A DNA stretch of 24,868 nt from a virus (taxonomy: Duplodnaviria; Caudoviricetes), in IMG/VR virus record IMGVR_UViG_3300033562_000527, positions 1 through 24,868 of that record; one strand, written 5' to 3'. The notes beneath the pieces were generated by a model. It made no database searches. It was not told the origin of the DNA and saw only the letters and a list, made by a program, of their open reading frames with translations. The stretch's first letter is position 1, and every line of letters starts with the position of its first letter. Shown piece after piece: positions 15,817 to 24,868 of the stretch. Position numbers and translations under genes: made by a program.

Positions 15817-16800
15817 ATGTTAGAAGACAAAGAAAATAATACTGAAAATAACGAAGATTTTGATATCATAGAAGAGGGCGTAGAAGAGGCAGGGAGTAAA
15901 GACGACGACGGTGAAGACAAAGCTGTGTCTAATGCTCGCGATGATGACGATGAAGGTGATAGCGAAAGTACGGATAGTGATAGTGAAGCAGACGGGCATA
16001 AGTTGTCTAATGCTGAAAAGCGGCGCGTACGGAAGAAAAGATTAAAAGAAAAATTAGATAGTAAAGATTCAGTTATAAGAGCGCAAAATGAACGCATTCG
16101 TATGCTTGAGGATCGTTTTGAGGCAACTGAAAAGAAAGTCAGCAACCACGATTTATTACAGTTGGATAAAGCAATAAATGACACTGCGGATGTTGTGTCA
16201 CGAGCTAATGATCTTTATCATCAAGCGTTAAGAGAAGGCGATGCAGAAGTAGCAAAAAAATTAATGCAAGAGATGTACGATGCTCGTCAGCGTCATGATA
16301 AATTAGTAAATGTTAAAAGTAGCATTGAGGTCACATCTCGTCAACCGTCTAAATTGGATCCTGTTTTACGGAATAACACAAATTCGTGGATGACGCGTAA
16401 TCCATGGTTTAAACCAGAATCTAACGATATTGACAGTAAAATAACTCATACTATAGATGTTAGTGTTATGAATGATGGATATGATCCCCGTACAAAAGAG
16501 TATTGGAAAGAGTTAGATCGTAGACTAGCAAAACATCTACCTCATCGGTTTAAAGGGAATAATATTGACGAAGATACCGATGATGATGTAGAATATGAAG
16601 ATGAAGTCGTAAAAAAGAAGCTGCCTAAATCTGTAATCAGTGGGGGTGGTGCATCTTCAAGTGGAGGACGAACCAAGGTGGTACTATCTAAACAGAGGGT
16701 ACAAGCATTGAAAGACGCGGGGTATTGGGATGATCCAGCCGCGCGTAATAAAATGGTTAAAGAATACCTTGCGTATGACCGTCAAAACAAAGGGAGATAA
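15817..16800 (+). CDS. putative capsid scaffolding protein
   Basis: Acidic N-terminus, long coiled coil, W..RNPWF motif, upstream of the capsid genes. Confidence 0.7.
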   Translation: MLEDKENNTENNEDFDIIEEGVEEAGSKDDDGEDKAVSNARDDDDEGDSESTDSDSEADGHKLSNAEKRRVRKKRLKEKLDSKDSVIRAQNERIRMLEDRFEATEKKVSNHDLLQLDKAINDTADVVSRANDLYHQALREGDAEVAKKLMQEMYDARQRHDKLVNVKSSIEVTSRQPSKLDPVLRNNTNSWMTRNPWFKPESNDIDSKITHTIDVSVMNDGYDPRTKEYWKELDRRLAKHLPHRFKGNNIDEDTDDDVEYEDEVVKKKLPKSVISGGGASSSGGRTKVVLSKQRVQALKDAGYWDDPAARNKMVKEYLAYDRQNKGR

Positions 16801-16802
16801 TT

Positions 16803-17348
16803 ATGACTACAGATAATAGACTAATTTCAGGCGCGTCGCAAGTAAATAAGATGCGCGAAAATAGGGCTGGCACGGATCGGCCCGCGTCTCAAAATCGTGA
16901 AGTGACTGATAAAACGAGGGCTGCAGAAATGTTGTCTCGTTTAGCAGAAATAGATACGGTTTTACCCAATCCACCTGTAATTTCTGGATACCATTTGGTG
17001 TGGTTGAGTACTAATAATCAAAATGATTCTTTGGAACGACGCATATCGTTGGGGTATGAATTAGTAAAACCGGAAGAAGTTCCGAATTTTGCTTTCCCGA
17101 CGTTAAAATCTGGTAATGTGGTGGTAGACCGTGTACAGATTAATGAAATGGTGTTGTGTAAAATTACGGATGATTTGTACCAAGCATATATGACTTATAA
17201 TCACCATACACGTCCTCTTGAAGAAGAAGTCCGGATGAAACCGGATATTACTGAAATCAAAGATGGTCGCGGTAATCCTATTGGAATGATAGACGGGGAC
17301 GGTTTTGTAGACCTCGGTAAAAATGTGGCCCCTGCTAGTTTTAGCTAG
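16803..17348 (+). CDS. conserved head-module hypothetical protein
   Basis: LPNPP..SGYHLVWLS...GYELVKPEE pattern; operon position. Confidence 0.75.
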   Translation: MTTDNRLISGASQVNKMRENRAGTDRPASQNREVTDKTRAAEMLSRLAEIDTVLPNPPVISGYHLVWLSTNNQNDSLERRISLGYELVKPEEVPNFAFPTLKSGNVVVDRVQINEMVLCKITDDLYQAYMTYNHHTRPLEEEVRMKPDITEIKDGRGNPIGMIDGDGFVDLGKNVAPASFS

Positions 17349-17377
17349 GGGATAACTTTAACTCTAAGAGGTGATCA

Positions 17378-17953
17378 ATGACTACTACTTCTAAGCCTTT
17401 TGGTCTACGTCCAGCGTTTCATAAATCAGGCTATGTCCGTCCTACGGCGTATCCCGATGGAATTCTGTCCACGTATGCTACGGGCATTCTAAAATATCAG
17501 CCTGTTACGATTGTAACATCTGGTAAAATTGAGGCTGTTGCCGCTGGAACAAATGACTGGATTGGTGTGTTTGCTGGTTGTGAATACGTTACGACTGATG
17601 GTCGTCATGTAATTTCTAATCGGTGGCCCGCTTCCACGACGTATGTTGCTGGAACAATGGTTGCGTATATCTGGGATGATTCGAAAATTGTATACGAGGT
17701 TCAGGCCGACGATACATTGGCAATCGCCACAATTGGCGACGAAGCGGATTTCTCTGGTGTTACAGATGGTTCTACGACTACGGGGTTGTCAGCTGCTATG
17801 CTTGATGCAACTGTCAAGACAGTAGGCGTACAGGGTCAAATGCGTATTATAGGTCTTGCCCCCGATGTTGATAATGCTTGGGGTGATACTTATACTGTTG
17901 TTCAAGTTTTGAATGCTCGTCCTTTGTACGATGCAATCAAAGTAGCCATCTAA
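17378..17953 (+). CDS. putative capsid decoration / minor head protein
   Basis: PFGLRP...IGVFAGCEY...DD...YEVQAD...GSTTTGLS; immediately upstream of the major capsid gene. Confidence 0.7.
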   Translation: MTTTSKPFGLRPAFHKSGYVRPTAYPDGILSTYATGILKYQPVTIVTSGKIEAVAAGTNDWIGVFAGCEYVTTDGRHVISNRWPASTTYVAGTMVAYIWDDSKIVYEVQADDTLAIATIGDEADFSGVTDGSTTTGLSAAMLDATVKTVGVQGQMRIIGLAPDVDNAWGDTYTVVQVLNARPLYDAIKVAI

Positions 17954-17968
17954 TAGCGGGGGTCTAAT

Positions 17969-18883
17969 ATGTCTAATCCAATGAGAAATACTGACTTCCG
18001 TTCGATTGTTGAGCCTATCATCAACAAAGAATTTGATGGTGTCTACGATCAACGGGACGATGAGTTTAAGCAGGTTTTTAAGGTTCAAACGGGCATTGCT
18101 CGTGACCGCCACGAAGAGCCTGTTTTGTTCGGTTTCGGTGCTGCGCCGGAATTGCCTGATGGCATGCCTGTCACGTACCAAGCTGGCGGTGTATTGTTTC
18201 TAAAGCAATACATTTATAAGCAGTACGGCTTGGCCTTTGCCTTGACGAAAATCTTGATCGAAGACGGTGATCATATCCGTATTGGTCAGGTGTACGCTCG
18301 TCATTTGGCGCAGTCCTTGATCGAAACGAAAGAAACGCTTTGCGCTAACATTCTTAACCGTGCGTTCACGTCCGGTTATAATGGCGGTGACGGTGTAGTT
18401 CTGAATAGCGCGTCTCACCCAATCGCGGGTGGCACGTTCTCCAATGTTCTCACAACGGCGGCGGCTCTTTCGCAAACATCTGTGGAGCAAATGCTCATTC
18501 AGATTCGTTCAGCGGTGGATAATAATAGTAAGAAGATTCGTTTGAAAGCGAAGAAACTTATTGTTGCCCCACAGAATGAGTTCCAAGCTGAAACGATCCT
18601 GAAGTCTGTTCTTCGTAGCGGTACTGCGAATAACGACATCAACCCGATCGTTTCACGTGGCATGCTAAGTGAAGGCGTAGCGGTTATAACCCGTCTCACG
18701 TCTAATACGGCATGGTGGATCCAAACTGATGCCCCCGAAGGGTTGAAGTTGATGATGCGTCGCAATTTGACGAAATCGTTCGAGGGGGACTTCGAGACAG
18801 ACAGTATGCGATACAAAGCTACGGAACGCTACATCCCTGGATGGACCGATCCACGAGCCTGTTATGGAACTAGCGCGACTTGA
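17969..18883 (+). CDS. major capsid protein
   Basis: LAQSLIETKE...NILNRAF...GGDGV.L.SASHP, LIVAP, DFETDSMRYKATERY..GWTDPR..YG, typical of this HK97-fold capsid family. Confidence 0.92.
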   Translation: MSNPMRNTDFRSIVEPIINKEFDGVYDQRDDEFKQVFKVQTGIARDRHEEPVLFGFGAAPELPDGMPVTYQAGGVLFLKQYIYKQYGLAFALTKILIEDGDHIRIGQVYARHLAQSLIETKETLCANILNRAFTSGYNGGDGVVLNSASHPIAGGTFSNVLTTAAALSQTSVEQMLIQIRSAVDNNSKKIRLKAKKLIVAPQNEFQAETILKSVLRSGTANNDINPIVSRGMLSEGVAVITRLTSNTAWWIQTDAPEGLKLMMRRNLTKSFEGDFETDSMRYKATERYIPGWTDPRACYGTSAT

Positions 18884-18901
18884 AGTGTAATTAAAGTGTA
18901 A

Positions 18902-18961
18902 TTGACACTTTGTTTTTGGTGTGTTAAGTTGGGGACTTCTTTAACAAAAAGGAGTCCCCAA
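18902..18961 (+). promoter_or_regulatory. promoter plus RBS-sequestering hairpin for the endonuclease gene
   Basis: TTGACA(18902-18907)-N17-TAAGTT(18925-18930); 14-bp stem 18929-18942/18948-18961 covering AAGGAG and the A of ATG. Confidence 0.8.
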
Positions 18962-19665
18962 TGCTTATTTCCGCCAAAAAATGTTCTGTAGTAGGTTGTA
19001 ATGAACCCGTATGCGCCAAAGATTTATGTAATACGCATTATAAAAGATTGAATCGTCATGGACACATTCACAATACTCGACCTATGGATTGGGGTAGTAG
19101 AGAGAAAAGTCCTTTATACACTACGTATAACTGGATAATGTCGAAATTGAGTAATGATATTTGCGAGGAATGGCGGCAAGATTTTTGGCAATTTGTTAAA
19201 GATGTAGAATGTAAACCGAAGAATCACGTTCTAGCCCGTGTGGATATTAATTTGCCTTTCTGTAAAAATAATTGTTATTGGCAAGAAAAAAAGACGTCTG
19301 GTAATTCCGAAGAAAGGAAAAAAAAGTTAAGAGAATACCAAAAGCTTTGGAGAAATAATAATCCTGAAAAAGCGTTAAATACTTCTTTAAAAAAACATTA
19401 TAATATGAATGTAGAAGAATACAATAGTATGTATATTTTGCAAAAAGGCAAGTGTAAAATATGTGTAAAGGAAGAGAGTGCAGTGGATAATAGGACTAAA
19501 AAATTGCGTCGTTTAGCGGTTGATCATTGTCATAAAACAGGTAAAATTCGCGGGTTATTATGCTCGTCGTGTAACGGTGCGTTGGGTAGGTTTTATGATG
19601 ATCCTTCCCTTGTTCGTCGCGCCGCAGAGTATGTCGAGAAAGATGGGGACATTGCACTTTTGTAG
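18961..19665 (+). CDS. free-standing endonuclease VII-type HNH (putative homing) endonuclease
   Basis: QKGKCKIC...LAVDHCHKTGKIRGLLCSSCNGALG; N-terminal CSVVGC...LCNTHY Zn motif; AT-rich insertion after the capsid gene. Confidence 0.9.
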   Translation: MLISAKKCSVVGCNEPVCAKDLCNTHYKRLNRHGHIHNTRPMDWGSREKSPLYTTYNWIMSKLSNDICEEWRQDFWQFVKDVECKPKNHVLARVDINLPFCKNNCYWQEKKTSGNSEERKKKLREYQKLWRNNNPEKALNTSLKKHYNMNVEEYNSMYILQKGKCKICVKEESAVDNRTKKLRRLAVDHCHKTGKIRGLLCSSCNGALGRFYDDPSLVRRAAEYVEKDGDIALL

Positions 19666-19680
19666 GGGTTGTGTTATAAT
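19652..19680 (+). promoter_or_regulatory. sigma70-type promoter at the end of the endonuclease gene
   Basis: TTGCAC(19652-19657)-N17-TATAAT(19675-19680), with TGTGT extension as in the early promoters. Confidence 0.7.
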
Positions 19681-19728
19681 TCTTGCATTCTCGGTTTCCG
19701 AGTACTTTTGATAAAGGGAGACAGTACA

Positions 19729-20721
19729 ATGGGTACAACTAATTTTTCAGCCCTCCAGGTCGGCGGGGTTCCTACGCAGGGCATGGGAGGTGCTCCCTTT
19801 CTCACAGGTAATTGGTATTTTGTTGATGCGGTGTCTGGGGCAGACGGTAATCCTGGTACAGCTGATCTACCTATGGCGTCAATCACAGCAGCGTATAACC
19901 GCTGCGTAGAAGGTAAAAATGATGTTGTTGCTATTGTTTCTCGGCCTACTACAGTAGGCGCGACGCTTGGCACACAACGTTTGTCAACTTCACTTACGTG
20001 GGCAAAGTCGGCTACTCATTTAATCGGTGTTGGTGCTCCTACGATGATTGGTCAACGTGCCCGTATTTCTACAGCCACGGGTGCTACGGCTAACCTTGCC
20101 CCTTTGATGACGGTTTCGGCCCAAGGGTGTATTTTTTCTAACTTCTCGATCTTCCAGGGTGTTGGTGAAGCCGCCACGGATGAAAAGTTGATTGACATCA
20201 CAGGACAACGTAATTACTTCCATAACGTCAACTTCCAAGGTATTGGTTCTGCTGCTGGAGCCGCACGTGCTGGAAGCTACAATATCTACCTTAATGGCGG
20301 TTCGGAAAATACATTTGATGGTTGTACAATCGGGGTTGATACAGTCACACGTACGGCGGCTAATGCAAGTGTTAAATTCCGCTCTGCCGCTACGCGTAAT
20401 GTCTTCAAAAATTGCTTATTCCCGTTGATGTCAACGGGTGGTACAGCGTTGTTTGTAGATGCGAATGCAGTTGGTTCTGTTGATCGCTTTGCTTGGTTTA
20501 AGGATTGTACTTTCTTAAATGGCGGCATTAATTCTTCCGGTGCAGTTGTGGCTGCGGTGGCTGCATTCAATGCTGCACAAGGCGGTACGCTCTTGTTTGA
20601 TAATTGTTCTGCGGTTGGTTGTACGGATTGGACTGCTACTGATACCGCTACTGTTAAAATTACGGGTGCCGTACCTAATGGCGATACATCCGGCATGGCG
20701 GCTTCTTCTGATGCTACATAA
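19729..20721 (+). CDS. structural protein with a probable right-handed beta-helix (head fibre/spike-like)
   Basis: Start MGTTNFS at 19729 with AAGGGAG RBS; YFVDAVSGAD.NPG...P.ASITAA and repeated N.F.NC/GC motifs. Confidence 0.7.
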   Translation: MGTTNFSALQVGGVPTQGMGGAPFLTGNWYFVDAVSGADGNPGTADLPMASITAAYNRCVEGKNDVVAIVSRPTTVGATLGTQRLSTSLTWAKSATHLIGVGAPTMIGQRARISTATGATANLAPLMTVSAQGCIFSNFSIFQGVGEAATDEKLIDITGQRNYFHNVNFQGIGSAAGAARAGSYNIYLNGGSENTFDGCTIGVDTVTRTAANASVKFRSAATRNVFKNCLFPLMSTGGTALFVDANAVGSVDRFAWFKDCTFLNGGINSSGAVVAAVAAFNAAQGGTLLFDNCSAVGCTDWTATDTATVKITGAVPNGDTSGMAASSDAT

Positions 20722-20731
20722 ATAGAATTGG

Positions 20732-20765
20732 CAGAACGGGAATAATTGTGTTTATTCCCGTTCTG
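20732..20765. repeat. perfect 14-bp inverted repeat (intergenic hairpin)
   Basis: cagaacgggaataa / ttattcccgttctg with a 6-nt loop; no clear U-tract. Confidence 0.75.
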
Positions 20766-20826
20766 TGATATATTATTGGGGGTGCGGGAAAGCTGCGCTA
20801 GAATTTTAACCGTATTGGAGTTCGAT

Positions 20827-21879
20827 ATGGCCACTTCTGGCACAGTAGGTACTACATCATTGGATGTTATCGGCTTAATAGAGAAATCTATAAAGAAGTG
20901 TGGTACCCCTGTCGGCACTGTTGGTTCCGAACAATTAGATTCTTTCAAAACAGAATTATTTTTACTACTTAGTGAATGTGTTAATGTTGGCGTTCCTCTT
21001 TGGACGATTACTAAAAAAGTTTTAGGATTAAAAGAAAACCAATTATACGTAGATATGCCTGTGGGTACTATAGACGTCATGAATGCTTTGCACAGGTATA
21101 ATGTTCTTCCATCCGGTGGTACGCCCGCCAGTAGTTCCGGTACTTCGGCAAGTGCTTTTGACCAAGATTTAACAACTTCCTGTACCCAAACGGCTTCGGA
21201 TGGTTGGATTTTATACGATTTTGGTTCTGATGTAGTGGTTACCACATTGGGGCTTTTACCTGCTACTACTCAAGCTTTAAATCCCGTTTATGAACACTCT
21301 AGTGATGGGGTTGTATGGATTACGTCGGTCGCGGTGGGGGTTACATCTACTTATATAGGGGGACAATGGTACTGGAAAGACGTTGATGCTCCTGCGTCTG
21401 CTAGGTACTACCGTATTAGAGAAACAAGTGGCGGTACACTGAACTTGACTGAACTTGTTTTTGGTCAAAATGCTAATGAAATCCCCATGGCCCGTATCAA
21501 TAGGGACGATTATCAAAATTTGCCTTTTAAAAATAATGTCGGTCGTCCTCTTCAGTATTGGTTTGATAGGCAAATAACTCCTAGGATGGTGTTGTGGCCC
21601 ACATCTGATAGTAATTTTAATACAATAGTTGCATGGACGCGTAGAGAAATACAAGATATTGGAAGTTATACTAATATTTTAGAAATTCCTAATCGATGGC
21701 TGAATGATGTAACACTTGAATTAGCCAGTAGAATTTCATTAGAGATTCCTGGTGTGTCGGATTCTAGAATAGCTACGTTAAAAGCGTTGTCACAAGAATC
21801 TAATCTAAGTAAATGGATAGAAGAAAGGGATAATAGCCCCGTCAGTATATCCTTTGGGACTAGGGGGTATACACGATGA
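20827..21879 (+). CDS. putative head-tail adaptor with an inserted discoidin/F5-8-like beta domain
   Basis: Start MATSGT at 20827 (GGAG RBS); GVPLWTI, ARINRDDY.NLP.K...GRPLQYWFDRQ; central SAFDQD...WILYDFG...ARYYRI segment. Confidence 0.65.
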   Translation: MATSGTVGTTSLDVIGLIEKSIKKCGTPVGTVGSEQLDSFKTELFLLLSECVNVGVPLWTITKKVLGLKENQLYVDMPVGTIDVMNALHRYNVLPSGGTPASSSGTSASAFDQDLTTSCTQTASDGWILYDFGSDVVVTTLGLLPATTQALNPVYEHSSDGVVWITSVAVGVTSTYIGGQWYWKDVDAPASARYYRIRETSGGTLNLTELVFGQNANEIPMARINRDDYQNLPFKNNVGRPLQYWFDRQITPRMVLWPTSDSNFNTIVAWTRREIQDIGSYTNILEIPNRWLNDVTLELASRISLEIPGVSDSRIATLKALSQESNLSKWIEERDNSPVSISFGTRGYTR

Positions 21880-22193
21880 GTGGTTATGCTTCTGGTTGTC
21901 TTTCTAACGCGATTTGTGATCGCTGCCGCCGCAAAGTGCCTTATCGGGACTTACGCCCCGACGGGAATTCACCGGGACTAATGGTTTGTCAAGATCCTGG
22001 TTGTTGGGATCCAAGAGATCCCTGGAGATTGCCTCCAATTCAACCGGATAATATAATATTAAGACACCCTCGTCCTGATACTAATATAAGCTCTGCACCT
22101 CCCGAAGAAGAAGGCACAGCATCTTATTTGGAACTGGAGCAAGGTGGCAGTTTGGAACTGGAGCAAGGTGGCAGTTTGGGGTTAGAAGGATGA
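21876..22193 (+). CDS. conserved small Cys-containing virion-module protein
   Basis: YASG...AICDRC...GLMVC..C.DP..P....RHPRPD; C-terminal LELEQGGS repeat. Confidence 0.75.
   Translation: MSGYASGCLSNAICDRCRRKVPYRDLRPDGNSPGLMVCQDPGCWDPRDPWRLPPIQPDNIILRHPRPDTNISSAPPEEEGTASYLELEQGGSLELEQGGSLGLEG
22127..22179 (+). repeat. 24-bp in-frame tandem repeat (2.2 copies)
   Basis: tttggaactggagcaaggtggcag at 22127-22150 and 22151-22174. Confidence 0.9.
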
Positions 22194-22984
22194 AAAAATT
22201 ATTATTTTTATTTTTAGTGTTTCTGTCTTTCCCCGTTTTTGCGGCTAATTCCACTTTGTCTAATTTGACTTCGGGCGGCGCGTTACAGGACGATGATTTA
22301 ATACTTATTTCTAGAGATGGAATTAGTTACAAAGCTATTTGGGCAAACCCCACTTCTCAAGTTAATGCTGATTGGAATTCTTTTTCGGGTCTGTCGCAAA
22401 TTTTAAATAAGCCTATTCTGGGTACAGCATCCGCGTATAATGTAGACACAAGTGGTAGCAATATCCCGTTATTGAATGGTATTAATACATTTTCGGGGTT
22501 AAATAATTTTACGGGTGGCTTACGACTGAATAACGTAAGTGTAATAACTGGAAACCAAACCATAAGTGTTACAGGGGATTGTTCTGCCACAGGTACTACT
22601 ACTCTTGGTGTTTCTTGTACAAAGACAGCTGGAAATGTTTTTGTGGCATCTGCCACGGTGGATACCACTAACGCGTCTAATATTTCTTCTGGTACGTTGC
22701 CTGTTGCTCGTTTGCCTTATAACGCGTATCTTAGTGTTGCAGTAAATACGGTGCTCACTACGAACAATAATTTTGTCGAAGTTACCGCGTCGGGTAAAGT
22801 TATAACTTTACCGACTGCTGTCAATATTCAAGGTAAATCGTTTAACATTGATAATTCTTCTACAGGAAATATAACTGTAAACACTACATCTAGTCAAACA
22901 ATTCAAGGATCATTAACACAAACTGTACCTTCGCAATCATCTATGTCCGTTATAAGTAATGGTACAAATTGGAGGATATACTAA
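22190..22984 (+). CDS. fibre-like protein with an N-terminal signal-peptide-like sequence
   Basis: MKKLLFLFLVFLSFPVFA then fibre-type motifs QVNADWN, NASNISSGTLPVARLP, ITLPTA, SNGTNW. Confidence 0.7.
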   Translation: MKKLLFLFLVFLSFPVFAANSTLSNLTSGGALQDDDLILISRDGISYKAIWANPTSQVNADWNSFSGLSQILNKPILGTASAYNVDTSGSNIPLLNGINTFSGLNNFTGGLRLNNVSVITGNQTISVTGDCSATGTTTLGVSCTKTAGNVFVASATVDTTNASNISSGTLPVARLPYNAYLSVAVNTVLTTNNNFVEVTASGKVITLPTAVNIQGKSFNIDNSSTGNITVNTTSSQTIQGSLTQTVPSQSSMSVISNGTNWRIY

Positions 22985-23955
22985 TGACGTATTTTTCAGA
23001 AGTTAAAATAGTGGATGGTTATGGGAATAAGGTAGAAGCTACACTTCTCGATCAACTTAAAGTAACAGAATCTCGTCGTGTTGCAGGGGGGGTATTCAAT
23101 AGTACAACATTAGATTCTAATTATTTTACGTCTACTGTAGGAGCCAATGGCACTGCAACAGTTACTGGCAGTGTGTTAGCGGTTACTACTACTACGGATT
23201 CTGGCTCGAACGCCGCCGTTACTACGAGCTCTTTAGCGCGTCATGTGAGTGGTAATTCTTATTATTTTAGGTCTGCCGTAATAATAGAGGACGTTGGTGC
23301 GGCTAATAATGTAAGATTTTGGGGTGCAGCAACGGGTGTAGTACCTACAGATGGCTATTGGTTTCGATTATCAGGGACCACTTTTTCTATAGTGACTATG
23401 AATTCTAGTAACCCTACTGTAGTTTCAAGTGGTAGTTTCAATGGAGCATCTACAACTTACGCCTTGGATACTAATTACCATACATACGAAATATACTACA
23501 CTACAAGTAAAGTATTGTTTGTCATAGATGGTGTACTTATACATACAGTAAGGGCGACTACAGCCTCTATAGTAGGAATAAGACATTTAAAACCAACAAT
23601 ATCAAATGTAAATACAGGGGTAGGTTCTGCTGTCACTATTTCTTCGATGTTTCTAACTATAAATAAGTTAGGTGTGGAAAATTCTCAAGCTAAATTTTTG
23701 CACGTTAATGGAGCAAATGCGGGAGTACTTCTGAAAAGGGGTCCCGGTAATCTTCGCGATGTGTTGGTTAATGCGTCGGCCAATGGTTCGACTGTAAGTA
23801 TTTATGATGCATTAAGTGCGACAAACGCTATAGCTTTGTTATCTTTTGCTACCGCCGCCGATGCTGTAGCTATGAGATACGACGTTTTATTTAATATAGG
23901 ATTGTATCTTGTGACAACAAATGCGGCAACGGATGTGACGATAATTTATGAATAA
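22984..23955 (+). CDS. structural protein with a ConA-like lectin/beta-sandwich domain
   Basis: Start MTYFSEV (TAATG overlap); DTNYHTYEI......FVIDGVLI motif; T/S/G-rich. Confidence 0.65.
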   Translation: MTYFSEVKIVDGYGNKVEATLLDQLKVTESRRVAGGVFNSTTLDSNYFTSTVGANGTATVTGSVLAVTTTTDSGSNAAVTTSSLARHVSGNSYYFRSAVIIEDVGAANNVRFWGAATGVVPTDGYWFRLSGTTFSIVTMNSSNPTVVSSGSFNGASTTYALDTNYHTYEIYYTTSKVLFVIDGVLIHTVRATTASIVGIRHLKPTISNVNTGVGSAVTISSMFLTINKLGVENSQAKFLHVNGANAGVLLKRGPGNLRDVLVNASANGSTVSIYDALSATNAIALLSFATAADAVAMRYDVLFNIGLYLVTTNAATDVTIIYE

Positions 23956-23977
23956 CGAACTCTAAAGGAGAAATGAA

Positions 23978-24316
23978 ATGCGTCCAGTTACAGTTACGAC
24001 ACCAGCGGCTACGGGCCCTTCGGCACCAGTTGTGCTTGATCAATATTTAACACCTACAAATGTTTCGTTAAATGTGAAATTTGGCACAGCGGCGGCTACT
24101 TGTTCGGTTCAGTATAGTTTTGATGATCCTTGGGCGGTGTATGCAACGGATTATAATACTAATGCAACGTGGTATTTTCATCCAGACATGAACAATATGC
24201 TAGTAGATAGGCAGTCAACCCTTGACGGATTGACTCCTCGTGCGGTTAGGTTAAATAATATTTTGTGGACATCGGGTCAACCAACACTTACGGTTATTCA
24301 GGCAGGTATAAAATGA
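23978..24316 (+). CDS. small structural beta-sandwich protein
   Basis: AAGGAGA RBS; MRPVTVT...VQYSFDDP...PRAVRL...LTVIQAG. Confidence 0.75.
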   Translation: MRPVTVTTPAATGPSAPVVLDQYLTPTNVSLNVKFGTAAATCSVQYSFDDPWAVYATDYNTNATWYFHPDMNNMLVDRQSTLDGLTPRAVRLNNILWTSGQPTLTVIQAGIK

Positions 24317-24684
24317 CAAATACAAATAGAAATGTCTTCGCAACCGCGACTATTGCTAGTGGTGCGTCTTTGTCGGGTGCGGTTAATTTTGATTCTACCA
24401 TCAATATTAATAATGTTCGTTTGTTTGGCGTTGATATGCCTGACCCCTGGACAACAGCGAATATTGTTGTGTATCAAAAACATGTGGACGGCACATATAA
24501 ACCTGTAAAAGATGAAGACGGGAATGATTTAACTATCGCAACTATCGCTGGCGGCATATGTCGATTTAGTAACCCATCGCAATATTCTGCTTTGACAGAT
24601 ATTAAGCTACTCTCTGGATCGGTTGCTACCCCTGTTAATCAAGGGGCTGATCGTATAATAACATTGGTGTTGAGGGCGATTTAA
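24313..24684 (+). CDS. small structural protein
   Basis: Probable start MTNTNRNV at 24313; ATIASGASLSGAV...MPDPWTTANI...NQGADRIITL. Confidence 0.75.
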   Translation: MTNTNRNVFATATIASGASLSGAVNFDSTININNVRLFGVDMPDPWTTANIVVYQKHVDGTYKPVKDEDGNDLTIATIAGGICRFSNPSQYSALTDIKLLSGSVATPVNQGADRIITLVLRAI

Positions 24685-24868
24685 TGGGCCTTTCTGACAA
24701 CTTACCTATTTGGCAATCTGGGATGTTAAGGCCAAAGATCAACTGGTCATTTATCGGAAGCATCCCGTCTAACTTGACCTTCACCCGCGCAAGCACTGGC
24801 ACGTATTTTGATGCCGAGGGTGTTTTGCAGACAGCGGCAATTGATGCCCCACGTTTTGACCATGATCC
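24684..24868 (+). CDS. tail/fibre structural protein, partial
   Basis: TAATG overlap; MGLSDNLP...LTFTRASTGTYFDAEGVLQTAAIDAPRFDHD, a motif common at the N-terminus of phage fibre/lectin proteins. Confidence 0.75.
   Translation, partial: MGLSDNLPIWQSGMLRPKINWSFIGSIPSNLTFTRASTGTYFDAEGVLQTAAIDAPRFDHD

Noticed and set aside
20286-21245. 319-aa antisense ORF spanning two structural genes
   Set aside because: Shadow ORF of S/T/A/V-rich sense genes, with no motifs or RBS.
1-24868. tRNA, rRNA, integrase or reverse transcriptase/DGR elements, or an alternative genetic code
   Set aside because: None recognised; genes read through normally with the standard code and use all three stop codons.

Overview
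This window is part of a tailed dsDNA phage genome, probably podovirus-like. A GcrA homologue suggests an alphaproteobacterial host. The left arm (1-7620) holds small leftward 'early' genes (DenV, GcrA-like regulator, Zn-ribbon, membrane and pentapeptide-repeat proteins) driven by a repeated near-consensus sigma70 promoter. This arm is interrupted by a ~740-nt rightward, promoter-driven region with no credible ORF and extensive self-complementarity, a candidate large structured ncRNA (~5166-5905). A GC-rich divergence region (7620-7960) contains a duplicated unit made of face-to-face perfect sigma54 (-24/-12) motifs. The right arm (7965-end) is the morphogenesis operon: TerS, intein-containing TerL, LPD23-like protein, portal, GroES-like protein, scaffold, major capsid, a free-standing endonuclease VII-type HNH gene, adaptor and fibre/structural genes. 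The three most striking observations are (1) a TerL intein whose HNH endonuclease is a separate nested gene in another reading frame with its own promoter and RBS, (2) the large structured RNA candidate, and (3) the four-site sigma54 array. All calls come from reading motifs by eye; no database search or folding program was run.
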